DNA of 64,000 nucleotides, from positions 4,030 to 68,029 of the forward strand of contig JBBRDK010000001.1 of NCBI GenBank assembly GCA_038203955.1, written 5' to 3'. This stretch comes from Thermoanaerobaculia bacterium. Its GTDB lineage: Bacteria > Acidobacteriota > Thermoanaerobaculia > UBA5066 > Gp7-AA6. Positions within the stretch are counted from its first letter, which is position 1; each line of letters opens with the position of its first letter. Of this stretch, positions 1 through 10,275 are shown one piece after another. Both the position numbers and the translations under genes were made by a program. The notes beneath the pieces were generated by a model, which made no database searches, was not told the origin of the DNA, and saw nothing but the letters and a program-made list of their open reading frames with translations.

Positions 1-1
1 C

Positions 2-238
2 CCCGCGCGCCTGCTGTCGGGTCCCGGAAAGCTCTGCGCCGGGCTCGGCATCACGGTCGCCGATACGGGCCGCGATCTCGCCGGCGCGGGCCCCCTCCGC
101 ATCTTCCGGCGCCCGCGCGCGCGCCGTCCCGGACTCAGCGCCTCGCCCCGAATCGGAGTGGACTACGCGGGAGACGCGGCCGCCTGGCCGCTGCGCTTCT
201 TCATCGCGGACTCGGAAGCCGTCTCGGGAAAAAAGTAA
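2..238 (+). CDS. DNA-3-methyladenine glycosylase (Mpg/AAG family), C-terminal fragment; 5' end lies outside the window
   Basis: Frame 2 reads PARLLSGPGKLCAGLGIT...SPRIGVDYAGDAAAWPLRFFIADSEAVSGKK, with stop TAA at 236-238. The GPGKL and RIGV..A..WP.RF motifs are typical of this family. Confidence 0.6.
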   Translation, partial: PARLLSGPGKLCAGLGITVADTGRDLAGAGPLRIFRRPRARRPGLSASPRIGVDYAGDAAAWPLRFFIADSEAVSGKK

Positions 239-275
239 TTATCGCTGTCAGCCGTTCCGCCGGGACTCCCGTTCA

Positions 276-345
276 GACTCTCGACTCTCGACTCTCGACT
301 CTCGACTCTCGACTCTCGACTCTCGACTCTCGACTCTCGACTCTC
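276..345. repeat. Perfect tandem array (GACTCTC)x10, followed by AACTTCCC
   Basis: Counted directly: 70 nt gives 10 identical 7-nt units. It lies between the convergent mpg stop (238) and the GGDEF gene stop (355). Confidence 0.97.
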
Positions 346-354
346 AACTTCCCG

Positions 355-2634
355 TCAGTGCGAGATCGGCGGGGGCATCGGGCTCGTCGAAGTCGCGACG
401 ACCGCATTCTTCCCGCCTCGCTTGGCGCGGTAGAGCGCCGCGTCCGCCCGGTCGATGAGCTCCTTCTTGTTGCGGGCGTCGTGCGGGAAGGTCGCGATGC
501 CGATCGAGACGGTCGCCCGGACGATCTCGTTCGTGTCGGGAGGCCGGAAGAGCCGCTCGTCGATCCGCGTGCGCACTCGCTCGGCGACCTCGGCCGCTTC
601 GTCGGAGGGCGTCTCAGGGAGGACGACGGCGAACTCCTCCCCGCCGTACCGGGCGACCAGATCCATGTCGCCGCGGACCTCGTTGCGGATCTCTGCGACG
701 ATCCGCTGCAGGATGGCGTCGCCGACCGGATGGCCGTAGCTGTCGTTGATCGACTTGAAGTCGTCGATGTCGAGCAGCAGGACCGACAGGGGCCGTCCCC
801 GGCGTTCGGCGCGGCCGATCTCCTTCTGCAGCGACTCCTGGAAGTAGCGGTGGTTGTAGGCTCCCGTGAGGCCGTCGCGGATGCTCTGCTCCCGCGCGTC
901 CGTGTACGACCGCGCGATCTCGATCGCGGTCACGGCCTGGTTCGCAAAGATCTCGAGCGCGCGCACGGTGTCGAGGCTGGGCGACTGCCCGTTCTTCGGG
1001 TCGTCCACGCGAAGGCATCCCACGAGACGCTCGCCCGAGACGAAGGGGATCCAGAGGGTCTCGTGCGCTCTCCAGGCATTCGGGCCCGCGCGCCGGTTGA
1101 TGCGACTGACGAGGCTGTCGGTGAAGCCGTGCTCGCCGGGCGTCCGCTGCCGCAGGTGATACGACTTGGAGACCCGGTTCTCCTCGGTCCAGTTGCGCGT
1201 GATGTCGCCGGCCGGAATCTCGCGTCCCTTCATTTCGTCCCATTTGCGATCGAGGCCGAAATGCGCGTGGTGCACGAAGGCGTTCCGGTCCGGCTCGTAG
1301 ACGGAGAGAAGGACGGCGTTGAAGCCGAGACTGCGGCCCGCCGCGTTGACGATCGTCTGGAAAAGGGCCTCGAGGTTCAGGTGCTTCTTGAGCTCGTTGG
1401 AGATCTCCAGGACCTGGTTCAGCGTCTCCGCGCGCTCGCGGTTCCGGTCGGAGAGCTCCTGGAGCTGGGCGCGGATGGCCCGGTCCTGCAGGACGAGGGC
1501 GATCTGCTCGGCGAGGGTCGAGATCGAGGAAACGGCTGGCCGCGCATGGATCGATCGGAAGGCGCTCTCCAGGATGAGCACCCCCGTGTTGAGCTCGTAG
1601 GTCGACAGCCGCGCGATCAGCTGGTGAGCCGGGCCCGCGATGAGACGGATCTCCCGGTCTTCGTCCGATCGCCGCTCCACCGCCTCCGTCGTGGTATCGA
1701 TCGCGCGCTCGTCGAGTCGGTTCTCCCGCACCCACGCGGCGACCGCCTCCGGCGAGGTGCTCACGTCGCCGGCGACGTGGATCGCCACCTCCTTCGAGGA
1801 CTCGTCCGTCCACTCGATGATCGCCATCGCCTGGATCGGTAGCAGCCGCCTCAGGGCCTCGAAGATCCGCTGGTACCGGTCGCCGCGCCCGCCGACCGAG
1901 AAGATGTTGGCGATCTCCCGAAGGACGTCGAGCTGCCGGTTCTCGCGCTCCACCTCGTGGTACTTCTCCTCGACGGACGAGAACCCGCGCACCACGAAAG
2001 ACGCGAGAACGACGGGGAAGAAGGCGAGAAGCACCCCCGGAATCCCGTAGTGGGGGTAGACGAGGATCTCCAGCGCCACGATCGGGCTCAGGAGCATCAG
2101 CGTGACCAGCTGAAAGAGCCCCATCTCGAGGAGCTGTTCGCGCGGGACGCGCCGCGAGACGTCGAGGTACGCGAACACCAGCAGCGTGTTGACGAAGAAG
2201 AAGACCAGGAGAATCCCCGCGGCCTCCGCCGCGACCGTGACCGGCCCGCCGCCCACCCGGTGCACGGCCCGGAAGAACACGGCCGCGATCCCGTACGAGA
2301 GGCTGATCTGAGAGAGGTCGAAGGCCGAAGACAGTGTGAAGCGGCGGTTGCGCCGCAGCACCTTCGCCAGAAGATCCGCAGCCGCGCAGATGAGAATGAC
2401 GGCCGCGGGTGACTGGAGCAGAAGGATCGCGGGGACCAGCGCCGCGGCTTCGACGCCCAGGTAGTTGCCGGCGTACCGGACGCGCAGGCGAAAGGCGAGC
2501 GCCGCCAGGATCGCGAAAAAGGCCATCTCGAGCGCGTGCCCCGGCGTCATGGTCGGCAGCTCCACGACCAGGAGCAGCAGGACCGCGATCGGCGTCCCGA
2601 TCTCCAGAATCTTCAGCGCACGCGATCGGGTCAT
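355..2634 (-). CDS. Membrane-anchored GAF-domain diguanylate cyclase (GGDEF)
   Basis: 759 aa. The N-terminal ~220 aa are hydrophobic multi-TM, the central region is GAF-like, and the C-terminal GGDEF domain has RYGGEEFAVVLPE and DDFKSINDSYGHPVGD. Confidence 0.85.
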   Translation of the reverse strand: MTRSRALKILEIGTPIAVLLLLVVELPTMTPGHALEMAFFAILAALAFRLRVRYAGNYLGVEAAALVPAILLLQSPAAVILICAAADLLAKVLRRNRRFTLSSAFDLSQISLSYGIAAVFFRAVHRVGGGPVTVAAEAAGILLVFFFVNTLLVFAYLDVSRRVPREQLLEMGLFQLVTLMLLSPIVALEILVYPHYGIPGVLLAFFPVVLASFVVRGFSSVEEKYHEVERENRQLDVLREIANIFSVGGRGDRYQRIFEALRRLLPIQAMAIIEWTDESSKEVAIHVAGDVSTSPEAVAAWVRENRLDERAIDTTTEAVERRSDEDREIRLIAGPAHQLIARLSTYELNTGVLILESAFRSIHARPAVSSISTLAEQIALVLQDRAIRAQLQELSDRNRERAETLNQVLEISNELKKHLNLEALFQTIVNAAGRSLGFNAVLLSVYEPDRNAFVHHAHFGLDRKWDEMKGREIPAGDITRNWTEENRVSKSYHLRQRTPGEHGFTDSLVSRINRRAGPNAWRAHETLWIPFVSGERLVGCLRVDDPKNGQSPSLDTVRALEIFANQAVTAIEIARSYTDAREQSIRDGLTGAYNHRYFQESLQKEIGRAERRGRPLSVLLLDIDDFKSINDSYGHPVGDAILQRIVAEIRNEVRGDMDLVARYGGEEFAVVLPETPSDEAAEVAERVRTRIDERLFRPPDTNEIVRATVSIGIATFPHDARNKKELIDRADAALYRAKRGGKNAVVATSTSPMPPPISH

Positions 2635-2659
2635 GGGCGTCGGCCCTGAGTGCGGCAGG

Positions 2660-3787
2660 TCATTTCTTCTTCCAGCGGATGACTTCCTGTTTCGAAAGCG
2701 ACTGGAAGATCATGAGCACCTCGAGCTCCTTGATCGGCGAAATCTTCATGATCGATTTGACGTCCCAGACGCCGTTGATCCGCGAGAGCACGAATCCCTC
2801 GTGCGGCGAGAAGGGGAGCTCCGTCAGCTTCGAAACCGGTATCGCAATTTCCGGAATCCGGTCTCCGGTGATTCCATCCTTCTCGAGCGCCCCCTTGATC
2901 TCCCGCTCCGCCTGCCGGATCGCGTCCGCGGCGCGGCCGTCCGAGGGATCCAGATCCGACGCGACCTTGAACATCCGGTACGCCTTCTGCGGATCATCTT
3001 TCAAATGGGCCTTGCCGCGGGCCAGAAACTGCTCGACTTCGGACTCGGAGCCTCCGGCGCCGACGGCCACGGCCTGGCGCGCGGACCGCGCGATCTGGAC
3101 GAGCCCCATGGTCTCGTTCCGCAGCCCTTCGAAGACGAGTCGGGCGACGTTGAATTCCGCGTTGTGGGTCTGGAGGGCGATCTCCTCGATCGAACGCTGG
3201 CCGTCGATGTAGGGAACGATGAGCTTCTCGCGTTCCGAGAGCTCGTCGATGTTCAAAGGACGCACAATCTGGGGGACCACGGAGTCGTCGGGGACGCGAA
3301 GGCGGATGCGCTGCCACTCGTCGTACCGCCGCAGGCCCTCCATGATGATGCCCGTGACGTCGAGCGACAGCGGCACCATCTTCAAATCGGGCAGCTCTCC
3401 GTCGACGAACTCGAAGCTGCCCTCTTCCCAAAGGAAGACGTCGTAGATCGACTCCTCGGCCTTCTTGCGCATCAGCCGCAGCAGGTCGGTCTCCGAGATG
3501 GCGTTGATCATGACGAGGATCTTGCCGAGAAGGATGTTCGATTCCTCCTGGACCTCCATCGCCATCTTGAGCTCTTCCTCGGTGATGTAGCCGTGGGACA
3601 CGAGGAAGTGCCCCAGGTATTCCCGCTGGTCCGATGAGGAGGAGGAGTTGATCCGGCCATTCTGGAAGTAGATTCTCTTTTCGACCCCGTGGCCGTTGAT
3701 GAGCAAAGTTCCGGTCTTCTGGCCGAGAGACAGCCATTGGAGCAGCTCGGAGAGCTGCATCGTTCTGAGATTGCCGGTGATTCCCAC
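2660..3787 (-). CDS. DUF4388 (PatA-N-like) domain protein with a helical-repeat C-terminus
   Basis: 375 aa. The N-terminus GNLRTMQLSELLQWLSLGQKTGTLLINGHGVEKRIYFQNGRI matches the DUF4388 signature as I remember it. The start codon is GTG. Confidence 0.7.
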   Translation of the reverse strand: MGITGNLRTMQLSELLQWLSLGQKTGTLLINGHGVEKRIYFQNGRINSSSSSDQREYLGHFLVSHGYITEEELKMAMEVQEESNILLGKILVMINAISETDLLRLMRKKAEESIYDVFLWEEGSFEFVDGELPDLKMVPLSLDVTGIIMEGLRRYDEWQRIRLRVPDDSVVPQIVRPLNIDELSEREKLIVPYIDGQRSIEEIALQTHNAEFNVARLVFEGLRNETMGLVQIARSARQAVAVGAGGSESEVEQFLARGKAHLKDDPQKAYRMFKVASDLDPSDGRAADAIRQAEREIKGALEKDGITGDRIPEIAIPVSKLTELPFSPHEGFVLSRINGVWDVKSIMKISPIKELEVLMIFQSLSKQEVIRWKKK

Positions 3788-3906
3788 CTGTCGCTCGAGG
3801 CGGCTATTTTAGCCGAAATCTCGCCGCATCAGGGGTTTCCGACCAGACGGCGGGGAAGCGGGCGCTCCTGAAGGCCCCGAACCCTTCCCCCGGGCCGGGC
3901 AAGGGG

Positions 3907-5085
<1,179 letters not shown>

Positions 5086-5092
5086 GGCGGGG

Positions 5093-5098
5093 AATCTA
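5093..5098 (-). promoter_or_regulatory. -10-like hexamer TAGATT, 7 nt upstream of the gcdH ATG (possible leaderless mRNA)
   Basis: The complement of 5093-5098 is TAGATT. The 7-nt gap CCCCGCC has no Shine-Dalgarno sequence. An AT-only hexamer is rare in this GC-rich sequence. Confidence 0.3.
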
Positions 5099-5184
5099 TC
5101 AAGTTTGGCCGCTCCAACCCGCCGCGGTCCGGTCGAGTTCAGGCGCGGGCGCGAGGTCCGGACGGGGATCGAAGGGAGAAGCGG

Positions 5185-5214
5185 TTGCGCCTCCTCCCGG
5201 GCCGCGACTAGACT
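5185..5214 (+). promoter_or_regulatory. Sigma70-like promoter TTGCGC-N18-TAGACT
   Basis: -35 at 5185-5190 and -10 at 5209-5214, 14 nt upstream of the ATG at 5229. It is divergent from gcdH. Confidence 0.35.
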
Positions 5215-5228
5215 GTGCCGGAAGTCTC

Positions 5229-5495
5229 ATGACCACTTTTCTCGCCGGTTCGGCCTACAAGATGGTGCGCGAGCTCGCCGATGGATTCATCATCGTGACG
5301 GAACGCACCTTCAAGCAGTACAAGCCCCAGGAGCTGACGGATTTCCAGATGGAGGCGGACAGGTTCCTCCGGGAAGTGCGCGGGAACCAGGTCCTGGTGA
5401 CCGACACCGAAGGAACTCAGAAGCGCCAGCGCCGGATGCAGCGGTTGCAGCAGGCGATCACGATCGTGAACGCCGTCCGATCGCGCAACCGCTAG
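5229..5495 (+). CDS. Small hypothetical protein (88 aa)
   Basis: Internal ATG of the 5079..5495 ORF. MTTFLAGSAYKMVRELADGFIIVTERTFKQYKPQELTDFQMEADRFLREV has normal, non-Arg/Pro-biased composition. A promoter-like element lies just upstream. Confidence 0.45.
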   Translation: MTTFLAGSAYKMVRELADGFIIVTERTFKQYKPQELTDFQMEADRFLREVRGNQVLVTDTEGTQKRQRRMQRLQQAITIVNAVRSRNR

Positions 5496-6559
5496 GAGGC
5501 TGTCCAGACTTCGGCGCCGGCCGGCTCTTCGCCATCCTCGCGGTACATCGCATCGAACTCGGGAGACGCGATGAGGCAGTCGACGACGTGGAGCCGCGGG
5601 ATGCCCACCTCGATCTCCCGGACATAGCTCTCGAGCCCTCCGGGATCGGGAGACCTTCCCAGGATGGCCCGATACGCGCGCTCGACGTAATCGGCCGGGT
5701 CGAGACGACGCCCGCGGCGGAGGAGCCCGGAGACCAGGTCGCGCACTCCGATCTCGCCGGAGAGCACGCGGGGCCCGTCTTTCCCCGGGTCTCGGTCTAG
5801 CCGCCGCAGGAGGCTCCCGAGCGCAGCCGCGTTCCACCTTCGCGGCGAAAACGCCGCCGCCGCGGCGGGTGTTTCGTCCGTGGCGCGGGCCCGCTGCGCC
5901 GTGACCCACATGTACTGGGTCCCCGCGGCCGTGATCTCCAGCACGTGGAATCCGAGCCCCTCGAGCCGCCGGCGGAGGTCGCCGGGCCGAAAGCGGACGC
6001 CGGACCAGGTATTGGGCGGTTTGAAACGCCGGCCTCGTCCGTCGGCCTGGAAACGGAGCACGCCGCCGGGGCGCAGGACCCGGGCGGCTTCGCGAAGGTA
6101 CGTCAGCACCGCCGCCCGGGAAGGGATGTGCTGAAACACGATGAACGAATACACGAAGTCGATCGACCGGTCCGGAACGTCCCGCAGGTCGCCGTCGGTG
6201 CGTAAGAGCCGGACTCCGTCATCCGGCGGCAGCTCGCGGCGGGCGCGCTCGATCATCTCTCCCGAGATGTCGACGCCGGTCACGAGCCTGGCGCGGCGGC
6301 GCATCGCCTTGAGCAGCCGCCCGATCCCGCACCCGATCTCGAGCACTGCCGCGTCGGGCAGGAGTCGGACGCCCTTCAGGATCTGACCCGCGACGTCGTC
6401 CTCGCCCGATTTCCAGAACCGGTCGGAGGACGCGCCATGGCCGCAGTCGATGAAGCAGGCCGCGTCCGACCGGGCGCGCAGATCCCAGTCCTTCCGCATG
6501 AGCCGGCGGGGAAAGAGGGCGGCGAGGAACCGGCTCGCTGTCGAGAACGGTATCCTCAT
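5492..6559 (-). CDS. Class I SAM-dependent methyltransferase with a C-terminal DUF4214-like domain
   Basis: 355 aa. It has the SAM-binding motif VLEIGCGIGRL and a C-terminal region, YVERAYRAILGRSPDPGGLESYVREIEVG...LIASPEF, typical of DUF4214. Confidence 0.75.
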   Translation of the reverse strand: MRIPFSTASRFLAALFPRRLMRKDWDLRARSDAACFIDCGHGASSDRFWKSGEDDVAGQILKGVRLLPDAAVLEIGCGIGRLLKAMRRRARLVTGVDISGEMIERARRELPPDDGVRLLRTDGDLRDVPDRSIDFVYSFIVFQHIPSRAAVLTYLREAARVLRPGGVLRFQADGRGRRFKPPNTWSGVRFRPGDLRRRLEGLGFHVLEITAAGTQYMWVTAQRARATDETPAAAAAFSPRRWNAAALGSLLRRLDRDPGKDGPRVLSGEIGVRDLVSGLLRRGRRLDPADYVERAYRAILGRSPDPGGLESYVREIEVGIPRLHVVDCLIASPEFDAMYREDGEEPAGAEVWTAS

Positions 6560-6573
6560 GGGCGAACGACTAT

Positions 6574-8895
6574 ATGGGGAGGCGATTCACATCGGGCTCG
6601 CGGGGCCTTCTGCGCGAGACGCTTTTCGCCTTTCTCTTCTTCGCGGCCGCCGCGGTGCTGTTCACCTGGCCGCTGGCCGCCCGGCTGACGGACGGAATGG
6701 TCGACATCTGGGACGGAAAGCTGACGGCGTGGATCTTCCACTGGGACTTTCACCAGATATTTCGAGATCCTCTGCGGCTTTTCGAAGCGAACATTTTTCA
6801 TCCGGCTCGATATGCACTGGCGTTTTCCGAGAATCTGTTCGGAGCGGCGGTGTTCGGATTTCCGCTCTACGCTCTGGGTGCTTCGAGTCTCTTCGCCGGC
6901 AACGTCCTGCTGCTCGCCGGAATGGCTCTGTCCGGCGTCGCGGGCTGGGCGTTGGCTCGAGAAGTCACGGGGGACTCCGCCGCCTCCCTTCTGGGGGGCG
7001 TCGTCTATGCGTTTGTCCCCTGGCGACTCGCCCAGCTTCCGCACGTTCAGTTTCAGTGGGGAGCGTTCCTCGCCCTCCTGCTTCTCTTCCTTCTCCGCTA
7101 CCTGAACCGGGGCGATCGCCGCGACGCTGTTCTCTTCTCGCTCTCGTTCGCCTGGAATGCCCTGACCAACGTGCACTACGCGATTTTTTCCGGCTTTCTC
7201 GTGGCGCTGGTCCTCCTCCACGCTCTCGCCGTCCTGCCGAAACCGGTGTTCAGGAAGCGCTTCGGTGGCGTCGCGCTTTCTCTGATGGCCGCCGTCGTGG
7301 TCGTGCTGCCTTTCTACGTCCCGTACGCGAAGGCGACGCGCCTCTACGGGATGGAGCGTCAAGAGGGAGAGATCGCCTTTTACTCGGCCCATCTCGTCGA
7401 TTTTTTTACGTCGGGGCCCCAGAACAAGCTCTATGCGCCGATTCAGAAGTGGGCGCACCCTGAAGGAGATCTCTTTCCCGGGATCGTCCCTTTCGGGCTC
7501 GCGGCGGCGGCGATCGTTCTCCTGCGCCGCTGGACTCCTGAGCCCGACGTCCGGACGGCCCCCGCCGGGAGGCGGCGCGCCGCGCACGTTTTCGACTGCG
7601 CGATTCTGATCGGGATCCTCCTGTGGGTGCTTCTGCTGGTCCGCGGCCGTCCGAATTTCGGCCCGATGCACGTTCGAGACCCGGGGCGCCTTCTCTTCTT
7701 CGTCTTCCTGCTCCTGGTCGCCCGCGCCCTTCTCGCGTTTCCCGCGCGCTCGCGCTTCGCCGGTCTCGCAGATTTCCTTCGGCGGACCAGGACCGGTTCG
7801 AGGCCGTTTCTGTTTCTGATGCTCTCCGCTCTCGGGGTTCTCGTCGCGCTCGGCACTCGAACGCCCGTGTACCGCTTCCTCGTGCAGTCGGCCGGTCCGG
7901 CGCTGCGGGCGATCCGCGTGCCGGCGCGGGGCATCGTGCTTACCCATCTGGGGCTCGCGGTCCTGGCTTCCTGGGGCCTCGCCATGATCTCTCGGCGCGA
8001 CCGCCGCTGGGCGATTCCGGTGGTGCTCCTTCTGACGGCGGTCGAGTATCGCGCGTCCCCGATCGAGATCTTTTCCGTGAAAGCGGAACCCGCCCCCGTC
8101 TATCGGTGGCTGGCGTCCGTCTCTCTCCCGGGTGCGGCGGTCGAATGGCCGATCAATAACGACATCGAGCCAGAGCACGTCTTCCGGTCGACCACCCACT
8201 GGAAGCCGCTCTTGAACGGGTACTCAGGTTTTGGCCCTCCCACTTACCTGCACATCGCGTCGCTGCTCTCCGGCGAGGCTGTGGACGATCGCGTGTGGGA
8301 TGCGATGCGAGGACTCGGGGCGGCGGTACTCCTTTTCCACCCTGAGGAGACGACGGATGAGGACCGCGCGAAATATCTGGCGGGCCTGCGGCGTGGGATC
8401 GCGCAGGGGCGGCTCGTCCCGCTCGCGTCGTTCACGCGGCCAGGAACGGAGACGCGGGACTTCGTCTTTCGCCTTCAGGGCGTCGCTGCCTTCGACGCGT
8501 CCGTCCCTCGGGCCGCGGCGCTGCATTCGCCGGGCGAGGCTCTGCGCCAGTTGGAGGATCTCGAGCTCCGGCTGGCGCCTCCCTTCGGCGTCGTCGAGCG
8601 GCCGCGCGAGGGGGAGATCGCGGGCTCGGGCTACTGGGCCTTCGGCTGGGCCCTCGACGACTCGGGAATCGCGCGGGTGCGTCTGATCCCCGCCGACGCT
8701 CCTGCCGTCGAGTGCATCGCCCATCAGCCCTTCCCCGGCGTGTCGGCCGCGTATCCCAAAAATCCCGAGTCGGTCCTTCCCGGCTACGGCTGCCCGCTTC
8801 CGGCTCTTCCTCACGGCCCCCAGGTCCTCTCCTTCGAGATCACGGGCCGGGACGGCGGGGTGACGACTCTCCGCCGCGCCATCCGCGTCCCTTGA
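6574..8895 (+). CDS. Large polytopic membrane protein with a C-terminal soluble domain (GT-C/YfhO-like suspected)
   Basis: 773 aa with an ATG start. There are more than 10 hydrophobic segments in the first ~480 aa, followed by a soluble ~290-aa tail. I recognised no catalytic motif. Confidence 0.65.
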   Translation: MGRRFTSGSRGLLRETLFAFLFFAAAAVLFTWPLAARLTDGMVDIWDGKLTAWIFHWDFHQIFRDPLRLFEANIFHPARYALAFSENLFGAAVFGFPLYALGASSLFAGNVLLLAGMALSGVAGWALAREVTGDSAASLLGGVVYAFVPWRLAQLPHVQFQWGAFLALLLLFLLRYLNRGDRRDAVLFSLSFAWNALTNVHYAIFSGFLVALVLLHALAVLPKPVFRKRFGGVALSLMAAVVVVLPFYVPYAKATRLYGMERQEGEIAFYSAHLVDFFTSGPQNKLYAPIQKWAHPEGDLFPGIVPFGLAAAAIVLLRRWTPEPDVRTAPAGRRRAAHVFDCAILIGILLWVLLLVRGRPNFGPMHVRDPGRLLFFVFLLLVARALLAFPARSRFAGLADFLRRTRTGSRPFLFLMLSALGVLVALGTRTPVYRFLVQSAGPALRAIRVPARGIVLTHLGLAVLASWGLAMISRRDRRWAIPVVLLLTAVEYRASPIEIFSVKAEPAPVYRWLASVSLPGAAVEWPINNDIEPEHVFRSTTHWKPLLNGYSGFGPPTYLHIASLLSGEAVDDRVWDAMRGLGAAVLLFHPEETTDEDRAKYLAGLRRGIAQGRLVPLASFTRPGTETRDFVFRLQGVAAFDASVPRAAALHSPGEALRQLEDLELRLAPPFGVVERPREGEIAGSGYWAFGWALDDSGIARVRLIPADAPAVECIAHQPFPGVSAAYPKNPESVLPGYGCPLPALPHGPQVLSFEITGRDGGVTTLRRAIRVP

Positions 8896-8901
8896 GATGC
8901 C

Positions 8902-8947
8902 GGGAAACGGGAAACGGACGCTCCACGCTGAACGCTCAACGCTCAAC
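8902..8947. repeat. Bipartite heptamer array: (GGGAAAC)x2, GGAC, then GCTCCAC GCTGAAC GCTCAAC GCTCAAC, ending in TTCCC
   Basis: Read directly. It sits between the membrane-protein stop (8895) and asnS. Confidence 0.9.
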
Positions 8948-8964
8948 TTCCCTCCGGCACCGCA

Positions 8965-8970
8965 TATAAT
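8965..8970 (+). promoter_or_regulatory. Perfect TATAAT -10 hexamer, 12 nt upstream of the asnS ATG
   Basis: TATAAT at 8965-8970. It lies exactly 17 nt after the last heptamer unit (8941-8947). There is no SD before the ATG at 8983. Confidence 0.35.
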
Positions 8971-8982
8971 CGCGCGCTCTTT

Positions 8983-10275
8983 ATGGACACCATGACGATC
9001 TCGCACGTCGGCGAGAAGGCCGGAGGCTCGGCGACCGTCCAGGGATGGCTGTACAACCGCCGCTCATCGGGGAAGATCCAGTTCCTGATCGTCCGCGACG
9101 GGACCGGGTATCTCCAGGTCGTCGTCCCGAGGGCCGAGGTCCCCGCCGAGGTCTGGGAGTCCGCCGAACGCGCGTCCCAGGAGTGCTCGCTGCGGGTCTC
9201 GGGCACGGTGCGAGAGGAGAGGCGCGCTCCCGGGGGGTACGAGATGTCGGCGCAGTCCGTCGAGATTCTCGGGCCCTCGGAGGGCTACCCGATCACGCCG
9301 AAGGAGCACGGCGTCGATTTCCTCATGAACCTGAGGCACCTCTGGATGCGGTCCTCGCAGCAGCATGCGATTCTGCGCGTCCGGTCCGAGATCGAGCAGG
9401 CGATCCGCGACTTCTTCTACCGGCGCGAGTTCACGCTGATCGACTCTCCGATCCTGACCGGTTTGGCGGTCGAGGGAACCTCCACGCTGTTCGAGACGGA
9501 CTACTTCGGTGACAAGGCGTATCTCTCCCAGTCCGGACAGCTCTATCTCGAGCCGGCCGCGGCGGCGTTCGGGAAGGTGTATTGCTTCGGGCCGACGTTC
9601 CGCGCGGAAAAATCCAAGACCCGCCGGCATCTCACCGAGTTCTGGATGATCGAGCCCGAGGTGGCCTTTCTCCGGTTCGACGGGCTCGTGGAGCTGGCCG
9701 AGGACCTGATCGTCACGGTGATGGGCCGCGTACTCGAGCGCTGCCAGGAAGACCTCAAGCGGCTGGAGCGCGACACGACAAAGCTCGAGGCGATCCAGAA
9801 GCCGTTTCCGCGGATCACCTACCGCGAGGCGGTCGCGAAGCTGGCGGCGCAGGGCTTCTCGGTCCAGTTCGGCGACGATCTGGGCGCGGACGAAGAAACG
9901 GCGCTTGCCAAGGATCTCGACCGGCCGCTCGTCGTGTCGCGGTTTCCTGCGGCGATCAAATCGTTCTACATGCAGCCGGACCCAGAAGACTCCGAGGTGG
10001 TCCTGGGCCTCGACATGCTCGCGCCGGAGGGATACGGAGAGATCATCGGTGGATCGGAGCGCATCTCCGACCTGGCGCTGCTCGAGAAGCGCATCGAGGA
10101 ACACAACCTTCCCCGCGACGCCTACGAGTGGTACCTGGACGTCCGCCGCTACGGCACGTTTCCCCATTCGGGATTCGGAATGGGCCTCGAACGCTTCGTC
10201 GCGTGGGCGTGTGGCATCCATCACCTGCGGGAAGCGATTCCGTATCCGCGCACCCTGAAAAGGATTTATCCGTGA
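8983..10275 (+). CDS. asnS: Asparagine--tRNA ligase
   Basis: 430 aa, with an OB-fold N-terminus (VQGWLYNRRSSGKIQFLIVRDGTG) and class II motifs FGPTFRAEKSKTRRHLTEFWMIEPE and GFGMGLERF. Confidence 0.9.
   Translation: MDTMTISHVGEKAGGSATVQGWLYNRRSSGKIQFLIVRDGTGYLQVVVPRAEVPAEVWESAERASQECSLRVSGTVREERRAPGGYEMSAQSVEILGPSEGYPITPKEHGVDFLMNLRHLWMRSSQQHAILRVRSEIEQAIRDFFYRREFTLIDSPILTGLAVEGTSTLFETDYFGDKAYLSQSGQLYLEPAAAAFGKVYCFGPTFRAEKSKTRRHLTEFWMIEPEVAFLRFDGLVELAEDLIVTVMGRVLERCQEDLKRLERDTTKLEAIQKPFPRITYREAVAKLAAQGFSVQFGDDLGADEETALAKDLDRPLVVSRFPAAIKSFYMQPDPEDSEVVLGLDMLAPEGYGEIIGGSERISDLALLEKRIEEHNLPRDAYEWYLDVRRYGTFPHSGFGMGLERFVAWACGIHHLREAIPYPRTLKRIYP

Noticed and set aside
276-345. The possibility that the short tandem arrays are CRISPR arrays.
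   Set aside because: The units are 7 nt and directly abutting, with no spacers. There are no cas genes in the window, and the repeat length is far below the CRISPR range.
9582-10271. N-terminal extensions of real genes as drawn in the ORF track: rimO from 9582, the permease from 22560, the ATPase from 23894, lpxA from 51070, the oxidoreductase from 51630, the kinase from 53479, nusB from 55188, lysS from 38868, the SBP from 15202, the permease from 14138 and ridA from 37928.
   Set aside because: The extensions overlap the preceding gene in another frame and are Arg/Pro/Gly-rich. In each case a GTG or ATG that overlaps or follows the upstream stop gives a protein starting where family homology starts.
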